64,000 nucleotides of DNA, taken from the NCBI GenBank assembly GCA_012295275.1, contig CM022671.1, positions 5,704,001 through 5,768,000 of the forward strand, read 5' to 3'. The translations under genes and the position numbers were made by a program. The notes under the pieces were generated by a model. It was not told where the DNA came from. It made no database searches and saw only the letters and a list, made by a program, of their open reading frames with translations. This document shows positions 45,155-59,089 of this stretch, one piece after another (the stretch's first letter is position 1; every line of letters begins with the position of its first letter). The stretch comes from Chrysomallon squamiferum (Eukaryota > Animalia > Mollusca).

Positions 45155-47150
45155 TAATAAACTAACAAAAAAAATAAAAAATAAATAAAAATAGCTTAAT
45201 TACGTAAAAAACCCAAACACAACAGTCCCATAGAATATTACAATGCATATTTATTCTACTATCTTAGCAAAATTTCAAAACAAAATCAAAACGACATTAT
45301 TTTTGACTGTAACCAACCATGCAGAGAAAAGGTTAGATTTTCATCTTCATCGTTGTCAGTTACGGTAAACAGTCCGGGCACCAGTGTTCCGTGCGGCAAT
45401 TCCTCCATCACTCGGAGATCCTGAGCGAGAGTTATTACAGGCGGTTCTGGTATGTCCTGAATGTTGATAGTCAGACCTTGATTCACTGAACCCCATCTGT
45501 TACTTGCTCTGTAAAACGAATCAAATTGTCAATTTTTTCTTCTGTTACCAGAATTTTATAAATCAGTGTTAGCTACGAGTCTCCGAGACAGCACAGAAAT
45601 AAAGTAGATCTACTATTTGTTATTTCTTAGCAGTAAAAAGCTTCTGGAGATAGTGGTGGCCACGTTATGAATATCATCTCCAAAAAACATCCTCCGATAG
45701 TAAAATTATTGATAATTATTCAGTTATTAATATGTTTTATCGTTTACATTATCTAAGCATTTTTTCTTTCTTTTCTTTTTATTTATTTATTTATTTTTCT
45801 TAAAGAATATTCAGTCTTCTAGAACCACCTATGAATGCTAAAACGACAATAAAAATGTACGAAAATACATCCTAACAGAGTCAATTCTTACCGAATGTAC
45901 ACGTCCATTGATTTTCGTTCGCCGTAGTCAAGATTTCTGATTAGTAAGAGCTGTGAGCTGCTGACTGTGAAGTAGTCTCTACCAGGACGTTTCACTACTT
46001 CCAGCCTGTCAGTCTCGTCCTCAGTGCTGACGTTATAAATCGCAGACCCTACAGCAACATCTTCGGCAACGTCAATGTCCGTCCATTGGTTCTGAGGAGG
46101 GGAGACAAACCATGGCGTATTCTCTAGGAAAAAAAATTAATATTATATAATTTTTTCTGTTAAAAGAATCTGTGTTAGATTTATTATTATCATAGCTGAT
46201 GTAATTATCGTGATGTTTTATCTAGTATTACGTACAGTATATATTTATTTGATATCGTTTACTGAATGTCACATACCTATTTCAATTCTCCAATCAGCTC
46301 GGTAATTACTTCCCGATGTCACGTAAAGATAATTCACAGATAAACGGGTCTCAGCTTTGTATTGGAGGAGAGTACTTTGACCAACAGACCAACCACTCCC
46401 CAGGCTAACAGTCAAAGGGTTAATCCAGGAAATCCAGAAAGTCTTAAATGCGTCGCAGTCGAGTTGTCTCCCCTCTTTCACTTCCTGTTGCGGACAACTC
46501 CGACATTTTGCGTTTATCGTCGACAAAGAGTTAGCCGCCCCTCCTATTGTTATCTCGATGGCGTTGTGGTGGTAGGCGTGCGTTTCGTGCAGGACAATGA
46601 TGGCGTCGCTGCAGAGTCTGACCTCAAAAATCAGTGATCGTCTGCTTGAGACGTCAAAGCCGAAGTCGTTCAAGTACTGGAGGTCACCACTTCCGCTTGT
46701 CACTATGTTAATTATTTTACCTAGATAAATAAACAGATAAATAAATAAATAAATAAATAAATAACCTATTTATATTTACAGATATAAATTTATTCATTTG
46801 CCAAATTCTGTTCGAAATTCTGTGTGTTTATGCTTGTGTCTATGTGCGTATGTGCATATCCGTGTTGTAGAATAAATATATGTAACATTAATGATTATTT
46901 TCTGTACATATATCTTCTTTCTCTCTCTCTGTCTGTCTCTCTTTCTCTCTCTCTATAGATGTGTGTGTGTGTGTATGCGTGTTTGTATTTATGTTTTTAT
47001 TTCTCTGCATGCCTTTAGTTACATATATGTTATCTATCAAATAATAGAAATTGCTTTTTATTCAGTGTGTAATTAAATGATGTAATACTAAACCTTACCT
47101 GTAGTCGTCACTTGAAAAACACTCATCAACAAGAGAGAGTTAATTAGCAT
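38770..47150 (-). CDS. Short FAMeT-cadherin: signal peptide - FAMeT-like domain - 5 cadherin repeats - TM - cytoplasmic tail; 13 coding exons, ~838 aa, intact frame
   Basis: Exons 47150-47099 (MLINSLLLMSVFQVTTT), 46720-46277, 46123-45892, 45508-45318, 44736-44509, 43953-43697, 43055-42893, 42284-41922, 41376-41110, 40131-40041 (TM VFKALSGIFAFILLFVVAVHIAKK), 39494-39442, 39268-39170, 38846-38770 (TGA followed directly by AATAAA). Total 2517 nt, all phases consistent. Confidence 0.88.
44113..44381. mobile_element. Possible old MITE with imperfect terminal inverted repeats
   Basis: Left end tggctgtaactaga is nearly the reverse complement of right end tgtagttacggcca. No clear TSD seen. Confidence 0.4.
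46277..46720 (-). CDS. FAMeT-like domain exon of the short cadherin
   Basis: LIFEVRLCSDAIIVL...IEITIGGAANSLSTI...LDCDAFKTFWISW...VSLGSG: the clearest match to the Methyltransf_FA consensus in the window. 444-nt phase 1-1 exon. Confidence 0.82.
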
Positions 47151-47303
47151 TGTTCTGTTAATTATCACCACGCCTTGATTTTAATTATCTCCTGTAATGT
47201 AAAGATTTACGATGATATTCTGATATTTATCTCTCTATCTACCTACCTATCTATCTGGCTATCTGGCTATCTGTATATATATATATATAACACACACACA
47301 CAC

Positions 47304-47338
<35 letters not shown>

Positions 47339-47370
47339 TATGCATATATTTATGTATGTTTGTATGCATG

Positions 47371-47409
<39 letters not shown>

Positions 47410-48067
47410 ATGTCTGTATGTCTATCTGTCTGTCTGCCTATCTATCCATCCATCCGTTTTTCTATTTATCTATCCATCTTCTATATGTCTGTTCATCAGT
47501 CTGTCTGTCTTTCTATTTTTCTATCTTTCTATCTGTAATAAATTTTAGTTCATTTCTTTTTTTTTTTTAGGTATGTTTTGTTTTGTTTTGTTTTTGTTTT
47601 GAAAAATAAAATAAACAATGCATTCATTAATTCAATGACAAATCCTTAAAGACAGGAAAGTAAAAAAAAAAAAAAAAAATAAAAGTACGGAAGCTGAATG
47701 TATTGCTTTAGATATTAAATAAATTCAGTCAAGTTACGACAGAGTTCGAGATTTGCCATAAACATTTTGTACGAGTCACTTAAACATTTTGAGAAGTTTC
47801 AATAGGGTGGCCATTTTCCAATATGGCTGTAACTTTTGACTGGCAAAATATAATTTTATTTATCTCAAACAGACAGCTCTTATATATCACAAAGCGTAAG
47901 GGGAAAAAAGAAATCCGAATGCATTCTTGTAAATATGACGAAATCTGGGTCACAGTAACTAATTTATATGATAAAAAGCTAATTTATATGTAAACCATAA
48001 AATTCCTTTTCAAATACATACCCGCATAGCCATTAGCAGTAAATCGTGAAACCATTTTGTTGCCTTC

Positions 48068-48205
48068 TGAGAATGATGTTTTCTTTCTGCGAAAATCCAA
48101 AAATGATGTTTTCTTTCTGAGAAAATCCAAAAATGATGTTTTCTTTCTGATAAAATCCAAAAAATTATGTTTTCTTTCTGAGAAAATCCAAAAAACGATG
48201 TTTTC
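48068..48205. repeat. Tandem repeat, ~30 bp unit (gaaaatccaaaaatgatgttttctttctga) x4-5
   Basis: Directly visible; produces the periodic ORFs 48010..48207 and 48057..48287. Confidence 0.85.
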
Positions 48206-49553
48206 ATCTTATGTAAAAGATTCCATTCGCAGGCCTTGGTTTTTCAGTTACCATGACGACGCAGTTTTGCAAATGCTGCCGTTATGAAGATATAGGTTGA
48301 ACAGTTTATGATGAATTATTTATGCATCTTGTATTAATATTTGAAATTTCAACAACAGATAATGTTTTCTGTTTTCTTAAATCTTGGCTCACCTTGCTGA
48401 CATTTAGAAATGAAATTGAGACAAATCAAACAAAAATCGATATAAGTATTTTCTTCTCTCTCCGTCGGCCATCTTTGAAAAAAGAAAACATTTTTGTTTC
48501 TAATGTATCTGTATCTGTTTGTGTTTGTATGTGTATACGTATGTGTTTTTTTTTAACTTATCTGTCTGTCCGTATGTTTGTATGCATGTTTGCTTATATG
48601 TATATGTCTGTGTGTATGTATGTATGTATGTGTGATTGTATGTATGTATGTATTATGTTATGTATGTGTGTATGAGTGTGCCTCTTTGACTGTGTATATG
48701 TATGTATGTATGTGTGTTTTGTATGTAAAAAATATCTGTATGAATGAATGTATGTATGGTAGAATTTAAAGAATAATATAATAATCTGTGACATATTTTC
48801 TGTTTGACCACTAGATATGTATAGATATATGTGTGTATGTGTATATATAGATATACGTGTGTATGTTTGGGTGCATGTGTATTTGTATATGAATATGTAT
48901 GTCTGTATGTATGAATGTTTATGTTTGGCATTTCTTTTATATTTCTTAATATATCAAATATTTTCAACTAAACATTGATGAATAAATGAATAAATACAAA
49001 CAGGTAAAGAATATATATATGTTTATTATAAACATACAGAGCTGTACTCATTATTTTAGTCATACAACAAAACAATAATAATAAAAAATAAAAACGTTAA
49101 CAATTTCTTTGTCATTTGCCATTGCATGTAAAATAACAGTTACAAACACGAAAACTCGCGAGAGGGATAAAAATTTCCAAGAACATTAAATACGCCATAA
49201 CAACAGTTTCGCCATTTGTAAAATTCCAGATCAGCCCATGAACTGTGGAAGGTTACAAAGGTAAAGAAAATAACAATTCGTAGTGAAACGATTTTCCATC
49301 TTCTAGCAAGGTAGGAATTTTTTGTTTTTAATATTTCACTTTGTGTTTTAATAATTTATTATTATTGTATCCGATTATTGATAATTGTTTATTAAATTTT
49401 GTTTATTATTATTATTATTTATTAAATTGTTTTATTATTATTTTTATTTTTTATTTTTACTATAACTTTGTTTTATGTGTTCATGGAATCGTGTAATTAA
49501 CAAAAAGATTGAATACATATTTTGTATACAATTTTTATAATAATAATAATAAT

Positions 49554-49587
<34 letters not shown>

Positions 49588-50174
49588 TGAACAAGATCAA
49601 GAAGAAGAAGAAGAAGAAAAAAACAACAACAACAACAATAATAATAATATAATCAACATCATCGTCGAATGCAATACCATGTTTAATATATATATATATA
49701 AGGAAATTTATTTAATTGCTTACATACATATTTATTTATTATCACTTTTTACTACTTATTTCATTTTAATAACATAAATTAGATTTCACTTTAACACAAA
49801 TAATATGAAATTAATTATATTTCTAATTTCTTTTCATTGCTGTTCCTTGACAATTAGTCTTTCTTTCTTTCTTTCTTTCTTTCTTTGTCTCTACATTTGT
49901 CTATTCTTTCTTTCTACATCTGAATGTCACATTGCACTAAAAAGCACCAGAGAAAGACATTAAAGTTTTGAAAAGTCAAATAACAAGTGGCACAATAGAC
50001 ATGCAGATTATATCTGAAAACAATTTTTTTGTTTGTTACATTGTGTAGTTGTCACAGAACGTAATAAAAAAGAAACTGAAGTTGTCAGTGGATGTAGCGT
50101 GTTGGCATGTGTTTAAAACATTTACTTATTCTAATACAAAAGAAGAGAAAGGGTAGGTATAGAAATATGCATGC

Positions 50175-50254
<80 letters not shown>

Positions 50255-50485
50255 GTCGTAATGGCGGTACAATAAACAATAGCAGCAGCATTATGAGCAG
50301 TAGTAATTGCAGTCGCAGTTGCAGTAGCAGTAACAGTTGTAGTGGTTGTTGTTGCTGTAGTAAAAAGTACTAGTAGTAGTTGTTGTAGTAAGAAGAGTAG
50401 TAGTAGTAACAGTATACTACTACTAGTAGTATTACTACAGCTACTATTATTACTGCTACTGCTGTTACTACTACTACTACTACTG

Positions 50486-50524
<39 letters not shown>

Positions 50525-50551
50525 TTATTATTATTATTAATAATAATAATA

Positions 50552-50589
<38 letters not shown>

Positions 50590-50669
50590 CTTTTAAACTC
50601 ATTGTAAAACTGATATTTAAAAAGAGTTACTTTTGCAGGTTAGTGACGAAAACGGACTCTTAAATTACA

Positions 50670-52664
50670 ATGATTTCTATCCTGCCTGGAGATGTGTCTG
50701 GAAACCATCGTTTCATTTGCTTCTGGCTGATTACGTCTTGTTTCTGTCTCGTACAAACAGGTATATATGTTATTTCAATAACGTTCATTACACATAAGTA
50801 TTATTTTTCAGATAGATGCTTTTATTTCATTTTTATAACTGGTTATGCCGAAATTAACATACATTTAAATAGCGTAGCATAATATTGAAATTATACAATT
50901 ATGTTTCAGTAACGTACTGTTATATTGAAATATTGATACGTTTCAATAACGTTCTGTTATACTGAAATACACATACGTTTTAATACCGTACTGTTATACG
51001 AAATACACATAAGTTTAAATAACGTATTGCTATACTGAAATACACATACGTTTAAATAACGAACTGTTATAGTGAAATATACATCAGTTTACATATAGAA
51101 ATTATACTGAAATAAATATCAGTTTAGATATATTGAAATAGACATTACTGAAACAGATATTAGTTTAAATGACGTACTGCTATAATGAGATACTGAGTTT
51201 AAATTACGTAACTGTACTAAAATACTGAGTTTAAATGACGTACTGCTATAATGAAATACTGAGTTTAAATGACGTACTGCTATAATGAAATACTGAGTTT
51301 AAATGACGTACTGCTATAATGAAATACTGAGTTTAAATGAGGTAACTGCTATAATGAAATACTGAGTTTAAACGGCGTACTGCTATAATGAGATACTGAG
51401 TTTAAATTACGTAACTGTACTGAAATACTGAGTTTAAATGACGTACTGCTATAATGAAATACTGAATTTAAATGAGGTAACTGCTATAATGAAATACTGA
51501 GTTTAAACGGCGTACTGCTATAATGAGATACTGAGTTTAAATTACGTAACTGTACTGAAATACTGAGTTTAAATGACGTACTGCTATAATGAAATACTGA
51601 GTTTAAATGACGTACTGCTATAATGAAATGTTGAGTTTAAATTACGTACTGCTATAATGAAATACTGAGTTTAAATGACGTACTGCTATAATGAAATGTT
51701 GAGTTTAAATGACGTACTGCTATAATGAAATGTTGAGTTTAAATTACGTACTGCTATAATGAAATACTCAGTTTAAATGACGTACTGCTATAATGAAATA
51801 CTGAGTTGAAATGACGTACTGCTATAATGAAATACTGAGTTGAAATGACGTTACTATAATGAACTACTAAATTTAAATTACGTAACTGAACTGAAATACG
51901 CTTCATTTTAAAACAACGTACAGTTTTATTTTTATTTTTTCTCAGCGTACGAGGCGGAGTTTAAGACAGATGGGAAAATGACTGTTGTAGTAGCAAACGA
52001 CAAAGGCATTCCAATCAGCGGGCAAAGAAAGATTTTCCTGCAAGTCAAAGGCTGCGGAAACGCGTATTTCATCCTGACCGAAACTTCCAAGTTTAGCGAC
52101 AAACAAGGAACTACTACGTCGTGTTTCTCGGAACCGGCAACAACGGCAAGATAAACGGTATTAAAGACAGCTGCTTCTCTTGTAGAGAAAGTCAAGCTTC
52201 CAGATACGCGAATATCCTGGACTGCGATAATTACGTGAAGCTGTGGGTCACGTGGGATGACGAAGGCAGCGTACAGATTGGACGCGGAGCAGACGTGGAT
52301 ATGACGCCATTTCTGGATTATACCGGAAACAGATCTTTTATCATCAATTACCTGAACCTGATGTCGCCGAAGTATAAAGTCAGTTGGAAAGTCAGTTCAG
52401 GTTTGTAGATATTTATTATCTGTGTCAATGTTAGCGTTAAAAAACAAAACAAAAAACAAACAAAAAAAAAAAAACGAAGTAAAGTTTAAAGAATTTGCAT
52501 ATACACAAATGATTCTCTATTTCTGTCTGTCTGTCTGTCTGTCGCTCTGTTACAGTTAATAATAAAAATGACGATGACGTCGATGACGATGACGAAAATA
52601 ATATTTTCGTGTTTTGTTTATTCTCGTTCTCGTTCTTCTTCTTCTTCTTCTTCTTCTTCTTTTC

Positions 52665-52717
<53 letters not shown>

Positions 52718-53697
52718 GTTATTTTGTTTGTTTATGGTAGCCTGTCATCCAGGCAGTTTTGGGCGGGGATGTTATTTGGACTGTGGACACTGCCAAGGTG
52801 ATCGTACTTGTGATGATTTTGAAGGCGAAGATGGACTTTGTCCTAATGGTTGTGAAAAAGGTTGGCAAGGACCACTGTGTAAAGAAAGTATGTACTTATT
52901 TGCGTTTATTTATATACTGATGGCTTTCATAATTTAATTTATTTTATTTACTGTTCTTCAAAAAAACAAAAAAAAAAAAAAAAAAAAAGAAAAAAAAAAG
53001 AAAAGTTTTAAAGTTAATATATTCCCCATTTCCTTTCATGTTAAATTAAAAAACTACTACTGTTGATAAAATTATAGCCACTACCACCACTATCACTACA
53101 GTATTATTACAGCTACTATTACTATTACTTACTAAAACTACTCACATTATGTAAACAATGTCATGTTATGTCATTATATGTCACGATATTATATTATAAT
53201 GTTATGTTATAATGTTATATTATGTTATCATGTTACTATGTTACGTTACGTTACATTACGATACGTTTTGTCAATCTTGCTATCTTATATTATGTTTTTT
53301 TGATCTATTGTTTGTGTTGTTTGTTTGTTTGTTTACAGGGTGTGACAACGGGACTTACGGTGACGAGTGTATGTACGTCTGTGGTCAGTGTGAGGGCGGA
53401 TATGGGTGTGACCCGGTCGATGGAGTTTGTCCCAGCGGGTGTCAGCCGGGATGGTTTGGTGTAAAATGTGACAGAGGTAAAATAAATAAATAAATAAATA
53501 AACAAATAAACAAATAAATAACTAAAACCAAATAAATAAACAAATAATAATAATAAATAAATAAATAAATAAAATAATAAAATAATAAACAGATAAATAA
53601 ATAAATAAATAAATAAATAAGAAGAAGAAAAAAATACAAATAAAATAAATAAATAAATAAACAGACAAACAAGTAAATAAATAAATAAACATACAAA

Positions 53698-53732
<35 letters not shown>

Positions 53733-53741
53733 ATTTACAAA

Positions 53742-53780
<39 letters not shown>

Positions 53781-56303
53781 ACAGACAAATAAATAAATAA
53801 ATAAATAAATAAATAACGGTTACTGTACTGCTGCAAGGTATATTTGTACGAACGTAACACGCAATGTTTTCTACCACAGAATGCATGAATGGTGCGTTTG
53901 GCAGGAACTGTGAACGTCGTTGTGGACACTGTCGCCGGGGTCATTCGTGCGACAAAATTTCTGGTTCATGTCACTCAGGATGTCATCCTGGATTCACTGG
54001 AGCAACGTGTTCAACAGGTAAAGTGATTCACTTTCACCTGTTTCTCTATTTTATTTCCTTCTGTCATACAAACATCCATACAACCATTGATTTAGCTCGT
54101 AAAACCCATCTCGTAATGCTGCAATGTGTGTACGTGAATGAATAAATGAAAAAAATTAACGTGCTAATTAGAGCTAGCTGTTGTGAAGCACGTCTACGAC
54201 GGGCACACTTTCTGACAGGTCAGCGGGTGTGTCCGTCGCATGTGGGTACGTGTTTGAGTGGGTCTATATATATAGTCGATAACCGGTTTAACGGGCAAAA
54301 ATATATAAATTGAAAATATGCGGAAAATCGAAATCCGGATTTGCCGAATGGTGTTAAAAATAGCACTTACCCATACATATGTGTAATACCTCGTTTTAAC
54401 TATGTAAATAGTTTCAAATTTCAGATCGTTAAGGAAAGTATCGTTAATTTACATGTACTAATTTAGCACATACGACAGCCTGGGTCACAGATGTGTTTAA
54501 TTATCGAGTTTGATCACTTATCCACACTAACAAAAGTTTATTCCACGTGAGGAATAAAACTGACCACTTTTTTCTTTTTTTCTTAGTATCTCGTAGATTA
54601 CAAGGACCGAGTGCTTTTAATCTCATTCAGATATTATTTTTGTTTTATCCTTTAAAATCGTCGATACAGTTTACAGACCCAAACAAAATTTTTGTAGCAA
54701 AGTCTTCAACGGATTTACCAGTTTTGTGTTCATTTAAGATATCGTATTTTTTTTCTAAAGTTATTGTCTTCCGTTTCTTTGTATCATCAGCATTTGCCGG
54801 TGCACTTTGTATTCGTTTTGACGTATTGGTCTGGGTAAATTACAAAAGCGTAAAGTCCAAATGGAAACAGAAGAGAAGAGAGTATGTGAATGCCAAGTGC
54901 ACGTATGACGTCTGCATGTCATCTGATCATCATAGCTGAGAGAAGCTTTAGCGCGTGACTGAACGAAAAACGAATCAAAGACGAACGAAAAATGAACGAA
55001 CTTAAACACATGTATTGTTCCTCATTTGTACCATTTATTTCGAACAATTAACTTTTAAATTTCTATTTATATAATTTGTTAAAAAAAAAAAAAAATCGTT
55101 AAAGGGGGATATCGTTAAATGGGAGATCGTTAAGCGAGGTGTTAGTGTATGAGTTATCTTTTAAAAGACCTTTAATTGTTTCTCTCTCCCATTATCTCGG
55201 AATCTGCTCAATGCTACAACTAGGTGTGTGGTAGACGCTGTTCAGTGTTATCTCGGAACGACTTTAACTGTATTTCATAACAGAGGACAGAACAGTTTGT
55301 TTCCCGTTATGATCAGTTATTATATTACTGAGAGAACTCAGTATTTATCATTAACTTACAGGTACCTATGATTACACCCAGAATATATCCTCCCCCATTA
55401 CATCATCACAATTATCACACAACCCATACAAACACACAGAGACGTACACAAAGATTACTAGTCCAGGATTGTATACAAATGCAGAGACAGACAGACGGAG
55501 ACAGAGAGAAAGAGAGAGACATAACAAGTCGACGAGTGCTTACAAGCCCACGATTATATAAAATGCAGGGATTTTTTTCCTTTCTTTTAATGTAAGTCAT
55601 TTGATAAAACAACCCTTCAAAAAAAACACACACACACACACAAGCAACCAATAATAAACAATTTTAAAAAAAAAAAAAAAAAAGAATGAAAAAAAAAAAA
55701 TGTATATTCCCCTTTGTAAAACATAAAACAAAAAGAAATGACGAAATGTAAAATCAGTTCATGTAACTTTATTTCACGCAGAATGTAGAGACGGGACCTA
55801 TGGAATAAACTGTTCATCCGCTTGTGGACACTGTGCAGATGGCGTGCCGTGTGATCACGTGACTGGATCATGTCAAGGTCATTGTGCTGATGGTAGTTTT
55901 GGTAGCCGATGTGACGTCACTTCCAAAGGTGAAAGAGAATTCATTCGTTCGTTCAGTCAATAACAGTAATATTACGGTGATTAAAAACAATAAATAATGC
56001 AAAAATAAATAAATAATACCATCACTGTTTATAATTTGTGGTCTAACTTGTATAAAATATATTTCGAAATTGATCTCTTCGTTAAAAAGGAATGAAATAA
56101 TTTTAATAACATTATAAGATATGTTTAAGGTACGTTACAATCCCCCAAATTATTAATAACAAAAATGTAAAAACCGTCATCATACATCTACTTTCGAAAT
56201 TGAACGAGATAAAACAAACAAACAAAATTGTTTTCTTAATCGTACCCGCCCCACTAGTGAAGTAATGATGAAAGTGGGCCATAGATCAACAATATAAGTA
56301 ACA

Positions 56304-56334
<31 letters not shown>

Positions 56335-56352
56335 CATACATACATACATACA

Positions 56353-56388
<36 letters not shown>

Positions 56389-56482
56389 TATATATTATAT
56401 ACACACAAAAGAAATCTTTGTCTGACATGAAGAATAATTATTTAGATACAACAACAACAACAAAAACAACAACAGCAACAAT

Positions 56483-56521
<39 letters not shown>

Positions 56522-57062
56522 AATAATAATAATAATAATAACAACAACGTTCCGCCAGTCACTAATCCATCAGTAATCCGGTATGAATTTGGGCTAGCAT
56601 TATTTCCAGTTTTCTGGATTACTGCCGCGTGAATACTGTTGGCGTCACTAACAGACACAGACACGCTATTCCAGTGGTGTCTTCCCATTTGGTAGATTCC
56701 CAGTTCGTATAATTCCCATTTCGTAGAAAAACCTGGTTTACCGCAATACCTGCTTACCTCTGTATATAATGAACTTGGCCTGTACGTACATCTGGTTTCT
56801 TTCTAACATTCAGAGGGGGGGGCGCATTGTTCCTAAATCGATTATGTAACATCAACCGAAAGCAGAATAAGCATTCACAACTCATTTGTTGTTGATTTGT
56901 TACTTTTTCATTATTTCATCATCTTCCTCCTTCTCATTATCATCATCATAATTATCATCATCAACATTATTATTATTATTATAATATTATTACTATTATT
57001 ATTGTTGTTATTATTATTATTATTGTTATTCTTCTTATTCTTCTTATTATAATTACTGTTAC

Positions 57063-57093
<31 letters not shown>

Positions 57094-59051
57094 TTTTAAA
57101 CTGGTCATTTCTAATTCATAAACATTTCCTTTCCGTTACAAAACAAGCAACCAATAATAAACAATTTTACATCAATTTCATCTATCTATTAAAATACAAA
57201 ACGAAAAAAGAATGAAAGAAAAGAAAAATGGCTTGCTTCTGTAAGAGAATACGACAAAAATATTATAAATAACTAATTCAGCAAATATAATTTTTAACAA
57301 AACATATTTTACATATGAGTAATTTACTTATATTCAGTAAATAGAGTATTTGAACGTTACATTTATCATTAACTTTTCGAATTCAACCGTATTCAGCTTA
57401 AACATGTACAAGATATCTGTTACTGATCATATTTACGTTATGCACACATACATATTCAGATTGTGCACATATTATACAATATATGTGACATAGTTTATTA
57501 ATAGTGTGTACACTAAAGATATTATGACCTGCAAATACTTTGGCTATGACTGAAAAAGTTTATACGAAGGACCAAATCATTGGGAATACTTTTAGATAAA
57601 TACCTTCTTTTTTAATTATTTACATTCACTATATTCGATACATAGATTATTTCGATATTTGTCATATTTGCATACTTTATGCGATAAGCAATATCCATAC
57701 TACAATAATACCTCAGATTAAAGATGTAATTGGTTCCAAAACTTCCAATAATTAAGTGAGGTAAGTGGGAGACTAATTTACATACAATTAAGGTTAAAAG
57801 TAGTGGTTACTTTCTCGCTGATGAGATCTGACATAAAAAAAAAAAGGTGAAATAAGGAGAAATAAAACGGCAGTTTAGACATAAATGATTTAATAGATTG
57901 TAGATATTAAATAAACAGTAAATCATTTACAAATACATTAAGAAATAAGTATATGCCGCTCATTGTGGGTTTTGGTTTCATTTAAGATAATGTATTCTGT
58001 TTCTAAAGTTATTATCTTCCGTTTCTTTTATCATCAGCATTTGCCGGTATACTGTTATTCGTTTTGACATATTGGAAGGGTAAATTACAAACAAGTTTAA
58101 GTCTAAATCGAAGCAGAAGACAAAAGAGAATCAGAATATTAGATGCACGTATGACGTGTCAACTGATCAACACAACTGAGAGAAGCTCGTGAATGAACGA
58201 AAAATTCAAGAAAAAGGACTTAAAAACATGCACTGTATACATTTGTATCATTTATTTCGAGCAATTAACTATTAAATTAAATTTCTATTTATATAATTTG
58301 TAAAGAAGAAAGATTGTTAAAGCGTGGTATCGTTAAGCGAGATGTTACTGTATTTATACAATAATAATCGCTTTCCAAATAATCTGGAGCAGTTCATTAA
58401 AATGACTGAGGTAAAACCAAACATGTCAATAAGACCACTGAACCACATTTAGCCTTTCTACGAAATGGGATTCTACCATATGGGACTAAGCCATTCCAGT
58501 TTGTTTTTCTCCATTTGTGGTTATAATCTGCTAAAACCCCTTTAGGCATGGTTTCATTGGTGCCTTCCCATTTGGTAGAATTCCCGTTTCGTAGAAAAAA
58601 AACTCGTCTACCGCAATACCTGATTACCTCTGTGTATAATGAACTTGGCCTGTACGTACATCTGGTTTCTTTCTAACATTCAGAGGCGGGGCGCATTGTT
58701 CCTAAATCGAGTATGTAACATCAACCGAAAGCAGAACAAGCGTTCACTACTCATTTGTTGTCGATTTTTTACTTTTTCATTATTATCATCATGATCTTCT
58801 TCCTTCTCATTATCATCATCATAATCGTCATCATCAACATTATTATTATTATAATATTATTACTATTATTGTTGTTGTTGTTGTTATTATTATTATTATT
58901 CGTATTCTTCCTATTTTTATTCGTATTATTATTATTATTATTATTTTTTAAACTGGTCATTTCTAATTCATAAGCATTTCCTTTCCGTTACAAAACAAGC
59001 AACCAATAATAAATAATTTTACATCAATTTTACATCAGTTTCTTTTTTCTT

Positions 59052-59089
<38 letters not shown>

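Noticed and set aside
46277-46720. Juvenile-hormone or farnesoate methyltransferase enzyme function
   Set aside because: The domain follows a signal peptide (extracellular) and shows no SAM-binding motif; the family name does not imply catalysis here.
51160-51900. CRISPR-like regular ~34-bp repeats (also 16430-17247)
   Set aside because: Head-to-tail units without unique spacers, inside eukaryotic introns, and no cas genes.
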